Of a stretch of 64,000 nt of DNA, positions 27,648 to 36,344 are shown piece by piece. The DNA lies in the NCBI GenBank assembly GCA_036377735.1, contig DASUXU010000128.1:1851-65850 (forward strand). Reading direction: 5' to 3'. Every line of letters begins with the position of its first letter. Position 1 is the first letter of the stretch. The notes beneath the pieces were generated by a model. The model did no database searches. It was not told the DNA's origin and was given only the letters and a program-made list of their open reading frames with translations. The position numbers were made by a program, and so were the translations under genes. Source of the DNA: Longimicrobiales bacterium. GTDB lineage: Bacteria; Gemmatimonadota; Gemmatimonadetes; Longimicrobiales; RSA9.

Positions 27648-27928
27648 GCGCTCGCCTCGCTGCGACCATACCGCTCGGCCGATTTCGCCTTCAGCTTGGC
27701 TATCTCCGTCGCGCGGTCCCGCGGCTCCGCTGTCGTCGTCAGCGAATCCAGCAGCGCCTGCGTCACGCGCGTCACCTCCGCCACCGCTTCCTCGAATGCC
27801 GCTTCATTCGCACGCGACGGCTTCGTGAACCCGCTCACCTTCCGCACATACTGCAGCGCCGACGCCCTCACCTCGGCATCCGTCACCGCCGGCTCGTAAT
27901 TGAACAGCGGCTTGATATTCCTGCACAT
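27644..27928 (-). CDS. DUF2277 domain protein
   Basis: MCRNIKPLFNYEPAVTDAEVRASALQYVRKVSG matches the conserved DUF2277 N-terminus. Confidence 0.8.
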   Translation of the reverse strand: MCRNIKPLFNYEPAVTDAEVRASALQYVRKVSGFTKPSRANEAAFEEAVAEVTRVTQALLDSLTTTAEPRDRATEIAKLKAKSAERYGRSEASA

Positions 27929-27965
27929 CGTCTCACGCCTCCCGGGTCTTCAGATCACGCACGCG

Positions 27966-28046
27966 TCACCGCCGCTTCTGCGTAAGCCACACATAAGCCA
28001 ACCCCAGCACCGCCCCCGCCGCAAGCCCGATTCCCATGAAGAACAC
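27966..28046 (-). CDS. Candidate 26-codon hydrophobic mini-ORF
   Basis: GTG 28046 lies 5 nt after AAGGGGG (28057-28051, minus strand). It encodes (M)FFMGIGLAAGAVLGLAYVWLTQKRR and ends at TGA 27968-27966. It is too short for the ORF track. Confidence 0.3.
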   Translation of the reverse strand: MFFMGIGLAAGAVLGLAYVWLTQKRR

Positions 28047-28057
28047 GTCGACCCCCT

Positions 28058-28099
28058 TTAGCCCATTAGCCCATTAGCCCATTAGCCATTAGCCCATTA
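28058..28099. repeat. 8-bp tandem repeat (TTAGCCCA) of about 5 units
   Basis: There are four perfect octamers plus one 7-mer (TTAGCCA at 28082-28088). On the minus strand the units read ATGGGCTA, which gives stacked ATG-GGC-TAA triplets. Confidence 0.9.
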
Positions 28100-28104
28100 A
28101 GAAT

Positions 28105-28133
28105 TTGTCGTTCTCCGCCAACGCCTTTACGAT
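28105..28133 (+). promoter_or_regulatory. Possible sigma-70-like promoter for the 28232 ORF
   Basis: TTGTCG (28105-28110), a 17-nt spacer, then TACGAT (28128-28133). This is a pattern match only. Confidence 0.25.
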
Positions 28134-28231
28134 GCAAACCACATGGACGGGTAGAATCGACCCCCGTTTTCCGTTAGATTCAAGGCTCCGACTCCTTGCT
28201 GGAGCCACCAGCTGATTGAAAGGATGGGGCG

Positions 28232-28498
28232 ATGATCTACGGGAACAGCTCGAAGCGGCTACGCCACGAGGACCTGCATGTCGACGGAACCGGCCGTGAG
28301 GGCTGGCTGTCGGGTCTCGAGCAGGCACCGCGCGTGGGGCAGCAGGTCTACTGCACACAGGGCATGGCCAGTGTGACCCGGATCCTGGGGAAGACGAGCG
28401 ATGGCGGCCGTCTCCTGGAGCTTCGTCTGGCCGACACGGCCCCCCCGTTCTTTGCCGCCGCATCCAATGTCCTGATCGACCCGAAGGACGCCGGATAA
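28232..28498 (+). CDS. Small hypothetical protein (88 aa)
   Basis: The ATG is preceded by AAAGGATGGGG. Third codon positions are GC-rich, and an intrinsic terminator follows. No family was recognised. Confidence 0.55.
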   Translation: MIYGNSSKRLRHEDLHVDGTGREGWLSGLEQAPRVGQQVYCTQGMASVTRILGKTSDGGRLLELRLADTAPPFFAAASNVLIDPKDAG

Positions 28499-28532
28499 TC
28501 CTTCCGGTTTCTGACAGACACCGGACATGAAT

Positions 28533-28567
28533 AGAGCCGTTGCATTCGCGACGGCTCTTTTATTTTC
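28533..28567 (+). terminator. Rho-independent terminator
   Basis: AGAGCCGT (28533-28540) pairs with ACGGCTCT (28551-28558) across a 10-nt loop and is followed by TTTATTTT. Confidence 0.75.
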
Positions 28568-28585
28568 AGGCTGCCAGTGGCGGCC

Positions 28586-29446
28586 TCACGCCGCCGGCCC
28601 CGCCATCAGGTCGCGATTTCGTGCTTCCTCCCGGTCCTCGCGATTCGACCACCGGAAGAATACGACGGTGATTGCGAGCCAGAATACGATCATCCCGGGC
28701 ACCCACATGATGAGCCCGCCGATCTGCTGGTCATCGAGCGCACTGATGTTCCACACCCGCGGCGACGCCACGTACCACGGGTACATCGCTTCCGGGGCGA
28801 GGCTGATGATTGCGGAGATGATCGACATCGGGATGCTGAACGCGAACAGGTAGAGCATGCGGACGGGCGGCTGCATGCGCGACAGCTCGGGCAGCGGTCG
28901 GACGACCGGATACCACATTATGGTAGCGGCCGAAATGAACATCGTGTGCTGGAGGATGTGCACTGCGTGCACCTGGAGCGCCAGGTCGTAGAACGCCGGG
29001 AAGTGCCACCCGATGAAGACGATGTTGTAGACCGCGAACGCGATCAGCGGGTTCGTCAGTGCGCGTGCGACGCCGCGTATCACCCGGACCTTCAGCACCG
29101 GCCGTACGAGCCAGTCCGGGAGTCCCATCAGCCAGAGCGGCGGAACGATGAGCGTAATGATGAGGTGCTGCACCATGTGCGCACTGAACAGGAAGTAGTC
29201 GCTCAGGTCGTGCAGCGGTCCGTTCAGCGACAGGAAGAGCAGCACCGTACCGCCGATGAATGAGGCGACACGGATGGGTGCGACGGTTTCGGACGAGAGG
29301 TTCAGCCGTCGGCGGAGCGGACCGACGGCATAGAGGTATGCGCCGATCCAGAGAGCGCATCCGATGAGCACGGACGGATGGATGGACCAGCTGGTCCAGG
29401 AGAACGTCTCGTCTCCGTGCAGTAGTGATATTGTCGCGTACAGCAT
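28586..29446 (-). CDS. ctaG: Cytochrome c oxidase assembly factor CtaG (caa3 type, membrane)
   Basis: It is polytopic. HMVQHLIITLIVPPLW and HILQHTMFISAA are typical of Bacillus-type CtaG. Confidence 0.8.
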   Translation of the reverse strand: MLYATISLLHGDETFSWTSWSIHPSVLIGCALWIGAYLYAVGPLRRRLNLSSETVAPIRVASFIGGTVLLFLSLNGPLHDLSDYFLFSAHMVQHLIITLIVPPLWLMGLPDWLVRPVLKVRVIRGVARALTNPLIAFAVYNIVFIGWHFPAFYDLALQVHAVHILQHTMFISAATIMWYPVVRPLPELSRMQPPVRMLYLFAFSIPMSIISAIISLAPEAMYPWYVASPRVWNISALDDQQIGGLIMWVPGMIVFWLAITVVFFRWSNREDREEARNRDLMAGPAA

Positions 29447-29461
29447 GACTGCCCCGCCCTG

Positions 29462-29839
29462 CTACCAGGCGTATTTCGGAATCACCTTGAAGAGCATGAT
29501 CATTCCGACGACCACCAGAACGGCCAGCATCAGCGGGCCGAAGAAGACGCGGCTGAAGATCCGGTTGTCGTACTTCAGGTGCATGAAGAATTCGACGACG
29601 GTCACGAACTTCACGAGCGACAGCACGAGCAGCACCGGGATCAGTACGCTCTTGAGCGCTTCGATGTAGAAGACCGCGACCTCGACGGCGGTGATGATCG
29701 AGAGGATCACACCGACGATGACGTACGTCTTCCGGCTTCCGTGGTGAGCCTCACCGTGCACGTGTGCCATGCCTTCGGACGGCATTGGAGCACCCGGCGT
29801 AGGGAGACCCCCGTGAACGTCTGCGTGTCTGTCCGCCAT
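29462..29839 (-). CDS. ctaF: Cytochrome c oxidase subunit IV
   Basis: TAVEVAVFY and KFVTVVEFFMHLKYD are present, and the gene sits after ctaE. Confidence 0.8.
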   Translation of the reverse strand: MADRHADVHGGLPTPGAPMPSEGMAHVHGEAHHGSRKTYVIVGVILSIITAVEVAVFYIEALKSVLIPVLLVLSLVKFVTVVEFFMHLKYDNRIFSRVFFGPLMLAVLVVVGMIMLFKVIPKYAW

Positions 29840-29846
29840 GGGTGCT

Positions 29847-30476
29847 CTACTCCATCAGGTAGATCAGAGTGAAAATCACGATCCAGACGATGTCCACGAA
29901 GTGCCAGTAGAGGCCGGCGATCTCGAGCCGCAGGGAGTCGCCCGGCTGGAGCTTCCCGCGCATGATGTCGACGGCGAGCATGAGCAGCCACATGACACCG
30001 ATACTGACGTGTGCGCCGTGGAACCCGGTCAGCACGAAGAACGTGGAGCCGAACAGGTTGGTCTGGAGGGTAAGCCCCTCGTGATAGAAATGGGTGAACT
30101 CGAATGCCTGGAATCCGAGGAAGAGCAGGCCGAGCGTCGCGGTTGCGACCGTCCAGCCGACCGCCTGTGCGCGGGTCCGGTGCTGCAGCGCGTCCAGCGC
30201 GAGCACCATGGCGAGGGAGCTCATCAGCAGCACGAAGGTCGAGATCGACGTGAGCGGGATGTTCAGCAGCTCATGGCTGTACGGCCCGACCACGCTCTCG
30301 TTCTTATAGACCATGTACGCGGCGATGAACGTGCCGAAGAACAGGGTCTCCGATCCCAGGAACACCCAGAACCCGACCTTCAGCATCGGCAGTCCCGTAG
30401 TCGTATACGGGACCGCGTGCGCGCCGTGGTCGTGGTGTCCGTGGTCGTGAACTGCTACTGCACCAGGTTGTGCCAC
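29847..30476 (-). CDS. ctaE: Cytochrome c oxidase subunit III
   Basis: FWVFLGSETLFFGTF, GFHGAHV and YWHFVDIVWI are subunit III motifs. Confidence 0.9.
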   Translation of the reverse strand: MAQPGAVAVHDHGHHDHGAHAVPYTTTGLPMLKVGFWVFLGSETLFFGTFIAAYMVYKNESVVGPYSHELLNIPLTSISTFVLLMSSLAMVLALDALQHRTRAQAVGWTVATATLGLLFLGFQAFEFTHFYHEGLTLQTNLFGSTFFVLTGFHGAHVSIGVMWLLMLAVDIMRGKLQPGDSLRLEIAGLYWHFVDIVWIVIFTLIYLME

Positions 30477-30495
30477 CGAAGTTCCCCTTCTTGAA

Positions 30496-32316
30496 TCAGT
30501 GCGTGGGCTCGTACGCCCAGTTGACCGCGCCGACGAATACCCACAGCAGACCGATGAGCGGCGTCCACCAGATACCGGTCATGAACAGCGCCATGCACAG
30601 CATCACGCCGAACGCCGTGAAGATCGGCCAGTAGGACGATGGCGGCATGTGGATGTGCGGATCCGGCGTCCCGCGCGCGGCGTCCTCGACCGCAGCCGCC
30701 TCGAGCCACAGCGGCTCGCGCGTGTGCACGGTCGGCAGGCGGTTGAAGTTGTGCTCGGCCGGCGGGGACTCCGTCGCCCACTCGAGTGTGGCGGCGCCCC
30801 ACGGGTTCGTGCCGGCGCGCGGCCCCCGCCTGGCGCTGTAGATGATGTTCGCGATCAGGATGATCACGCTGATCGCCTGGAACAGCACGCCGATCGTCGA
30901 CAGCATGTTCAGCCCGCCGAGATTCAGGTCGGCGGAATACGTGAACGTCCGGCGTGGCATCCCGAGCAGGCCGATCCAGTGCTGCGGCATGAACGTCATG
31001 TTGAAGCCGATGACGAAGATCCAGAACTGGAGCTTGCCCAGCGTCTCGTTCATCATGCGGCCGGCGATCTTCGGGAACCAGAAGTAGAGCGATCCGAAGA
31101 TGGAGAAGATGAGGCCGCCGATCAGCACGTAGTGGAAGTGTGCGACCACGAAGTACGTATCGGTCTGCTGCAGGTCGTGCGGCGACGTCGCGTGCATCAC
31201 GCCCGACACGCCGCCGATCGTGAACTCGATCAGCATGCCGACCGCGAACAGCATGGCGGTCGTGAACTTGATCGAGCCGCCATACATCGTGGCGATCCAG
31301 TTGAAGATCTTCACGCCGGTCGGGATCGCGATGATCATCGTGGAGATCGTGAAGAACGCGTCGGCGATCGGGCCCATGCCCGTGGCGAACATGTGGTGTG
31401 CCCACACGCCCCAGCCGATGAGTGCGATGAGCGCGGCGGAGTAGACCATCACGGCGTATCCGAACAGCGGCTTGCGCGAGAACGTCGGGATGATCTCGGA
31501 CACGATGCCGAACGCCGGCAGGATCAGGATGTAGACCTCGGGGTGGCCGAACATCCAGAAGATGTGCTGCCAGACCATGGGGTCACCGCCGGCCATGGTC
31601 ACGAAGAAGTTCGTGCCCCACCAGCGGTCGAACGTGATCATGAACAGGGCGACCGCGAACACGGGCAGCGCCGTAGCGATCAGGAAGCTGGTGATGAATG
31701 CCATCCACGAGAACAGCGGCATCCGCATGAGCTTCATGCCGGGCGCGCGCATGTTGATGATGGTGGTGATGAAGTTCACCGCGCCCATGATGGACGCTGC
31801 GCCGAGCGCCTGCAGGCCGAGCGACCAGAAGTCCGTGTTCAGTCCGGGCGAGAACTGGCGCTCCGTCAGGTTGGCATAGCCGAACCACCCGGTGTTGGGC
31901 GCGTGGCCGAACAGCCAGGAGGAGTTCATGAACAGCGCGCCGAACAGGAAGATCCAGTAGGACAGCGCGTTGAGCCGCGGGAACGCGACATCGCGCGCGC
32001 CGATCTGGAGTGGCACGATGTAGTTGAAGAGCGCCACGGCGATCGGCATGCCGACCATGAACACCATGGTCGTGCCGTGCATCGTGAACAGCGAATTGTA
32101 GGTGTCGGCGCTGATGAACGTGTTCTCGGGCTTCGCCAGCTGGATCCGGATCAGCGTCGCCTCGATACCGCCGATGATCATGAAGAACAGCGCGGTGGCG
32201 CCGTACATGATCCCGATCTTCTTGTGGTCCACCGTCGTAAGCAGATCCCACAGCAGCGACTTCTTCTTCGCCGTGTGGTGTGCGTGCGCGGGGACGTGTG
32301 CCTCGATGGTGGCCAT
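30496..32316 (-). CDS. ctaD: Cytochrome c oxidase subunit I
   Basis: GTTMVFMVGMP, WFFGHPEVYILILP-like FWMFGHPEVYILILPAFG and HHMFATGM are heme-copper oxidase motifs. Confidence 0.95.
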   Translation of the reverse strand: MATIEAHVPAHAHHTAKKKSLLWDLLTTVDHKKIGIMYGATALFFMIIGGIEATLIRIQLAKPENTFISADTYNSLFTMHGTTMVFMVGMPIAVALFNYIVPLQIGARDVAFPRLNALSYWIFLFGALFMNSSWLFGHAPNTGWFGYANLTERQFSPGLNTDFWSLGLQALGAASIMGAVNFITTIINMRAPGMKLMRMPLFSWMAFITSFLIATALPVFAVALFMITFDRWWGTNFFVTMAGGDPMVWQHIFWMFGHPEVYILILPAFGIVSEIIPTFSRKPLFGYAVMVYSAALIALIGWGVWAHHMFATGMGPIADAFFTISTMIIAIPTGVKIFNWIATMYGGSIKFTTAMLFAVGMLIEFTIGGVSGVMHATSPHDLQQTDTYFVVAHFHYVLIGGLIFSIFGSLYFWFPKIAGRMMNETLGKLQFWIFVIGFNMTFMPQHWIGLLGMPRRTFTYSADLNLGGLNMLSTIGVLFQAISVIILIANIIYSARRGPRAGTNPWGAATLEWATESPPAEHNFNRLPTVHTREPLWLEAAAVEDAARGTPDPHIHMPPSSYWPIFTAFGVMLCMALFMTGIWWTPLIGLLWVFVGAVNWAYEPTH

Positions 32317-32333
32317 TCGTTCTCTCGTTGTCG

Positions 32334-33548
32334 CTACTTCAAGCTCATCAGATAGGACGCGACCGCATAGATCTCCCGGCTGCTGAGACCGGTCGGCGCC
32401 TGGTCGCCTATGCCGTGCACCGCACCGGGCATCAGCGCGCCCGGCTTGAGCGACTGCGGCTCATGGATCCAGCGCTGGAGGTTGTCCATGTTGTTCGGAG
32501 CGGCTCCCGCACCCACGGTCGGGCGCGCGCCGAAACGGGTCAGGTTCGGACCCAGGACACCGGCGGCCGGCGTACCGGCAATGGTGTGGCAGGCGACGCA
32601 CATACTCGACTCGAACACCTTCCTGCCTGCCGCCGCCCACTGCTCCGCCGAGATCTCCGGCCGCACCGCCGACCCGATGCCCGTCGGTGCCGGGAGCTGG
32701 TCGAGGTCCAGCGCGGGTGCCTGCGCAGCCGCGGGCTGCTGTCCTGCCGCATTCTGCTGCGGCGCGACGGGCGTGGTCGCACTCGTATTCGACTGCATGG
32801 CGATCTGCGTCGCGTTCTCGCCGGTCGGCGCGACCACCGGACCCGCCGGCTTCATCGCGTTGACCCACTGCTGGAAGTGGTCCGCTGACACGGCCCGCGC
32901 GCTCACGCGCATGATCGCGTGCGACTCGCCGCAGAACTCCGCGCACTGACCACTGAAGGAGCCGGAGTCCGTCATCGTGAACATCAGGTGGTTGCGCTTG
33001 TCCTTCTCACCCTGCGTCCCGCGCGGGATCGGGTTCACATCCCGCTTCCCGCCCAGGCGGGGAATCCAGAAGCTGTGGATCACATCCGCGGAGTGCATGA
33101 CGAGGTGGATCGGCCGGCCGACCGGGACCCACAGCTCGTTCGCCGTCACCACGCCCTCTTCCGGGTACCGGAACTCCCACCACCACTGGTGTCCGATCAC
33201 CTCGACCGTCAGCGCGTCAGCCGGCGGCTTCGCCTGTGTCTCGAAAATGACCTTGACCGTGGGGATCGTCAGGAAAATGACGATGATGGCGGGAATCAGC
33301 GTCCAGCCGATCTCGAGCAGCGTGTGGCCATGGATCGCCTTCGGCTGCGCATCGCCGGGCTTCTCACGGAAGCGGATCGCGATCACGAGTGTGAGGATGA
33401 CGACGAGCGCGAGAATACTCATCGTCCACCAGAAGGTGTTCGCGAACAGCTCGTTCAGCGTGACACCGAAATCGGTGACCGGGTGGAAAGTGGTCTGGGG
33501 ATGCTCGACCGGCACCGCATCCCCGGCAGCCTGGATCAGAAACAGCAT
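32334..33548 (-). CDS. ctaC: Cytochrome c oxidase subunit II with C-terminal cytochrome c domain (caa3)
   Basis: The CuA site is DVIHSFWIP...CAEFCGESHAIM. The C-terminal heme c motif is CVACH. Confidence 0.9.
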   Translation of the reverse strand: MLFLIQAAGDAVPVEHPQTTFHPVTDFGVTLNELFANTFWWTMSILALVVILTLVIAIRFREKPGDAQPKAIHGHTLLEIGWTLIPAIIVIFLTIPTVKVIFETQAKPPADALTVEVIGHQWWWEFRYPEEGVVTANELWVPVGRPIHLVMHSADVIHSFWIPRLGGKRDVNPIPRGTQGEKDKRNHLMFTMTDSGSFSGQCAEFCGESHAIMRVSARAVSADHFQQWVNAMKPAGPVVAPTGENATQIAMQSNTSATTPVAPQQNAAGQQPAAAQAPALDLDQLPAPTGIGSAVRPEISAEQWAAAGRKVFESSMCVACHTIAGTPAAGVLGPNLTRFGARPTVGAGAAPNNMDNLQRWIHEPQSLKPGALMPGAVHGIGDQAPTGLSSREIYAVASYLMSLK

Positions 33549-33615
33549 TCTCTTATCTCTGGTTGGTCACAACACATACCACCCTCCGCCACGCCCGTGC
33601 GCAGAGGCCGGAAGG

Positions 33616-34662
33616 TTACCCCTTCGCAAGGGCGGGGTCAAGTTCAGCCAGACCCGCCCGATCACCCGATCCTGCCTCTTCCGCCTGCAGATCGCGCCGC
33701 GCGAGCGCGGCCCACACGACGAGTGCAAACCAGATCGCGGCCCCCGTCGCCAGATGCAGCGACTGCCAGTGCGGCGGCAGGTGTGACAGCACCATGATGG
33801 CGGCCACGCAGATCTGGACGATCACCGCGATCAATGCGACGGCGGCCGCGCGCTTCGTCGCCACTGACACCGCCCGCCGCCTGGCCGCGAGCGACGCCAT
33901 CAGGATGTGCAGTGTGAACAGGTAGGCCACCATGCGGTGCGTGAAGTGGATATGCGCCGGCCCGCCGGACCCCGGTGGCGGGGCCAGGCTGTTGTTGCAC
34001 AACGGAAATCCCTGACACGCCTGGGGCGCGCCGGCCACGTTGGCCGTCATCGCACCCAGTGTGATCAGCACGAAGCCGAACAGCAGGGTCACGAACGCCA
34101 TGCGCCACGCGCGCCGGGGGTTCGCGCCCGATGCGTTCGCGGCGGCGGTCCCGCCACCCAGTGTACCCGCGCGCACCGCCGCCACCAGCAGCGTGCTCGC
34201 AAAGAGCAGGGCGGTCATGAAATGAACGACGACCACGCCGGGCGGAATCTCCAGCTTCACCGTGACCGCGCCCAGCAGCGCCTGGACGACGACCAGGACG
34301 GCGCCGAGAAGGATCGGGCGGAGCAGGCCGCCCTTTCCGCCGATCCCGGGCCGGCCACGGTTGGCGAGCGCATAGACCACGACGGCCAGCACGACCAGTC
34401 CGATCCCGGCGGCGAGGGCCCGGTGCGTGTACTCGATGAGGGTCTCGAGCGTGAACTCCGGGATCCACACGCCATTGCACTTCGGCCAGTGGTCGCCGCA
34501 GCCCATGCCGGAGCCGGTAATGCGGACAATGCCGCCGAACAGGATGAGGGCGTACGTATATATCGCGGCGAAGAGCGCAATGCGCCCCAGCCGTTTCACC
34601 TGCGGGCTGCGCAGGGCCATCGGGTCGGTTTCCATGCGCGGCAATATCGCCCCGCTTTCCAT
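33616..34662 (-). CDS. ctaA: Heme A synthase (COX15/CtaA)
   Basis: GGIVRITGSGMGCGDHWPKCNG and conserved His residues in TM helices (EYTHR, HFTHRM) are present. The start is uncertain among ATG 34662, 34635 and 34620. Confidence 0.85.
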   Translation of the reverse strand: MESGAILPRMETDPMALRSPQVKRLGRIALFAAIYTYALILFGGIVRITGSGMGCGDHWPKCNGVWIPEFTLETLIEYTHRALAAGIGLVVLAVVVYALANRGRPGIGGKGGLLRPILLGAVLVVVQALLGAVTVKLEIPPGVVVVHFMTALLFASTLLVAAVRAGTLGGGTAAANASGANPRRAWRMAFVTLLFGFVLITLGAMTANVAGAPQACQGFPLCNNSLAPPPGSGGPAHIHFTHRMVAYLFTLHILMASLAARRRAVSVATKRAAAVALIAVIVQICVAAIMVLSHLPPHWQSLHLATGAAIWFALVVWAALARRDLQAEEAGSGDRAGLAELDPALAKG

Positions 34663-34702
34663 GTCTTGCTAGTGGGCGTGCACTGCGTCTACTCTCACGC
34701 AC

Positions 34703-35878
34703 ATGGGTGATGTCTTCGATGTGATCGTGATCGGCGGCGGTGTGGCCGGAGTGGCGGCAGCGCTGGCCGCACGTGCGGATGGCGCGTCGGTGTGCATCGT
34801 TCGAGCGTCACCCGGTGCCACCGCGGTCACGTCGGGCGGCTGGCGTGGCGCTCTGCCGCCGCTGATCGCCGATGCATTGTCGACGGCCGGTCTGCCGTAC
34901 GTGCCCGTCTCCCACTCGCTGCCGCATCCCTTCGGTGACCTGCGCGCGTTCGACTTCGCATCAGCGGCGCACGCTGGCGCGCTTGCGCAGCCGGGCGGCG
35001 TACTCTGCGGTATTTCCGGCCTGTCCGGTTTCTCCGCCCCTGCGCTCGCCCGCCTGTATGCGGACGCCGCTCATCCACCGGCCCACATGACAGTCACGGT
35101 CGGCGACTCGCCACGTGACGGCTGGGCGCCACACGCGCTTGCAGCCGCGGTCACGCGCAACCCCGCGACCCTCGCCGATCGCATGCGCGAGCAGCTGCCA
35201 GCAGGCGCGAGCCATGTCGTGCTCCCCGCTGTGCTCGGTCTCGATAACGTGAATGCCGTCCGCGCCGCGATCGAAGACATCGTCGGTGTGCCGGTGTTCG
35301 AGGCGCTCGGCGCGCCCCCATCGATTCCCGGCTGGCGGCTCGATCGCGCACTGATGCGCGCTGCACGCACCGCGGGAGTCACGATCCTGAACGGTCACGC
35401 CATGATCGCCGGTGCCCGCAATGGCGCGCTCACCGCACTCTCCATCCGTACCGCGCAGGACATGCGCGCCGCGAGCGCGGGACGCTACATCCTCGCCACA
35501 GGCAAGTTCATCGGCGGCGGTATTGTCACTGAGCAGAAGCGGCTGGTTGAGAGCGCACTGAATCTGCCGGTCTGGATCGAGCATCTCGGCCAGACCTTCA
35601 CGACCGCGGAGTCGCTCACGCTCACGAGTCGGGTGCGGACGTACGATCAGCCGCTGATGAAGGCCGGCGTGCACGTGGACGGTCGCGGCCAGCCACTGGA
35701 CGCGCGGAGCCGTGTCGTGTTCGGCAACGTGACCGCGGCCGGCGGCGTGATCGCCGGCATCGATACTGTTACGCTCGGCCTCGGTGCCGCGGCCATGCAG
35801 GGCATCGCTGCGGCAGCCGCCGCTGCCACGCAGGGCGGCGGCGCACACGAACCCGCGACACCGGCCGCCGGAGCCTGA
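34703..35878 (+). CDS. FAD-dependent oxidoreductase resembling anaerobic glycerol-3-phosphate dehydrogenase subunit B
   Basis: It has the dinucleotide fold DVIVIGGGVAGVAAAL. LPAVLGLD, PPSIPGWRL and ILATGKFIGGGIV parallel E. coli GlpB. Confidence 0.65.
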   Translation: MGDVFDVIVIGGGVAGVAAALAARADGASVCIVRASPGATAVTSGGWRGALPPLIADALSTAGLPYVPVSHSLPHPFGDLRAFDFASAAHAGALAQPGGVLCGISGLSGFSAPALARLYADAAHPPAHMTVTVGDSPRDGWAPHALAAAVTRNPATLADRMREQLPAGASHVVLPAVLGLDNVNAVRAAIEDIVGVPVFEALGAPPSIPGWRLDRALMRAARTAGVTILNGHAMIAGARNGALTALSIRTAQDMRAASAGRYILATGKFIGGGIVTEQKRLVESALNLPVWIEHLGQTFTTAESLTLTSRVRTYDQPLMKAGVHVDGRGQPLDARSRVVFGNVTAAGGVIAGIDTVTLGLGAAAMQGIAAAAAAATQGGGAHEPATPAAGA

Positions 35879-35879
35879 T

Positions 35880-36344
35880 ATGTCGAAGATCAATGCCTGG
35901 CTGAACCTGGCGTATCGCTTCGGGATGCACGTGCTCTTCCGCATGCCTGCACGGCCGTTCAGCGATGATGTCGAACAGTTCCTCGGCAAGGTCGTGCCGG
36001 AAGGCTATATCCCGCTTGCCGCCGCTGAGCGCGCGGCGTTCCCGGAATTCATGCGCTGCATTCACTGCGGCCTGTGTGCACTGGAATGTCCTGCGCTGCA
36101 GGCGTCGCCGGCCAGCGCCTGGAACGAGGCCTGGACGTTTGCGGGCGGCCTGTCGCGTTCGCTCGACCACGTGAACCTGATCGCGGCGGACCTCTCGCCC
36201 TGTGCGCGGTGCGGCGAATGCGATGCAATCTGCCCGACGGGCGTCCCCATCTCGCGGCTGGCAACCCTCGTCGTGCGCATGGCAGAGCGCGGTGCCACGC
36301 TGGCCGATGACCCCCGCGCCATCAACGCACGGAGCTCGACATGA
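35880..36344 (+). CDS. 4Fe-4S dicluster ferredoxin-domain protein (GlpC N-terminal-like, no CCG domains)
   Basis: ATG 35880 starts 2 nt after the upstream stop. It carries CIHCGLCALECP and CARCGECDAICP. Confidence 0.7.
   Translation: MSKINAWLNLAYRFGMHVLFRMPARPFSDDVEQFLGKVVPEGYIPLAAAERAAFPEFMRCIHCGLCALECPALQASPASAWNEAWTFAGGLSRSLDHVNLIAADLSPCARCGECDAICPTGVPISRLATLVVRMAERGATLADDPRAINARSST

Noticed and set aside
28058-28099. Possible CRISPR-like array
   Set aside because: The units are 8 bp and directly abutting, with no spacers and no cas genes. This is a simple tandem repeat.
30499-32355. 618-aa plus-strand ORF antisense to ctaD
   Set aside because: It is a shadow ORF. ctaD on the minus strand is one of the most conserved proteins known.
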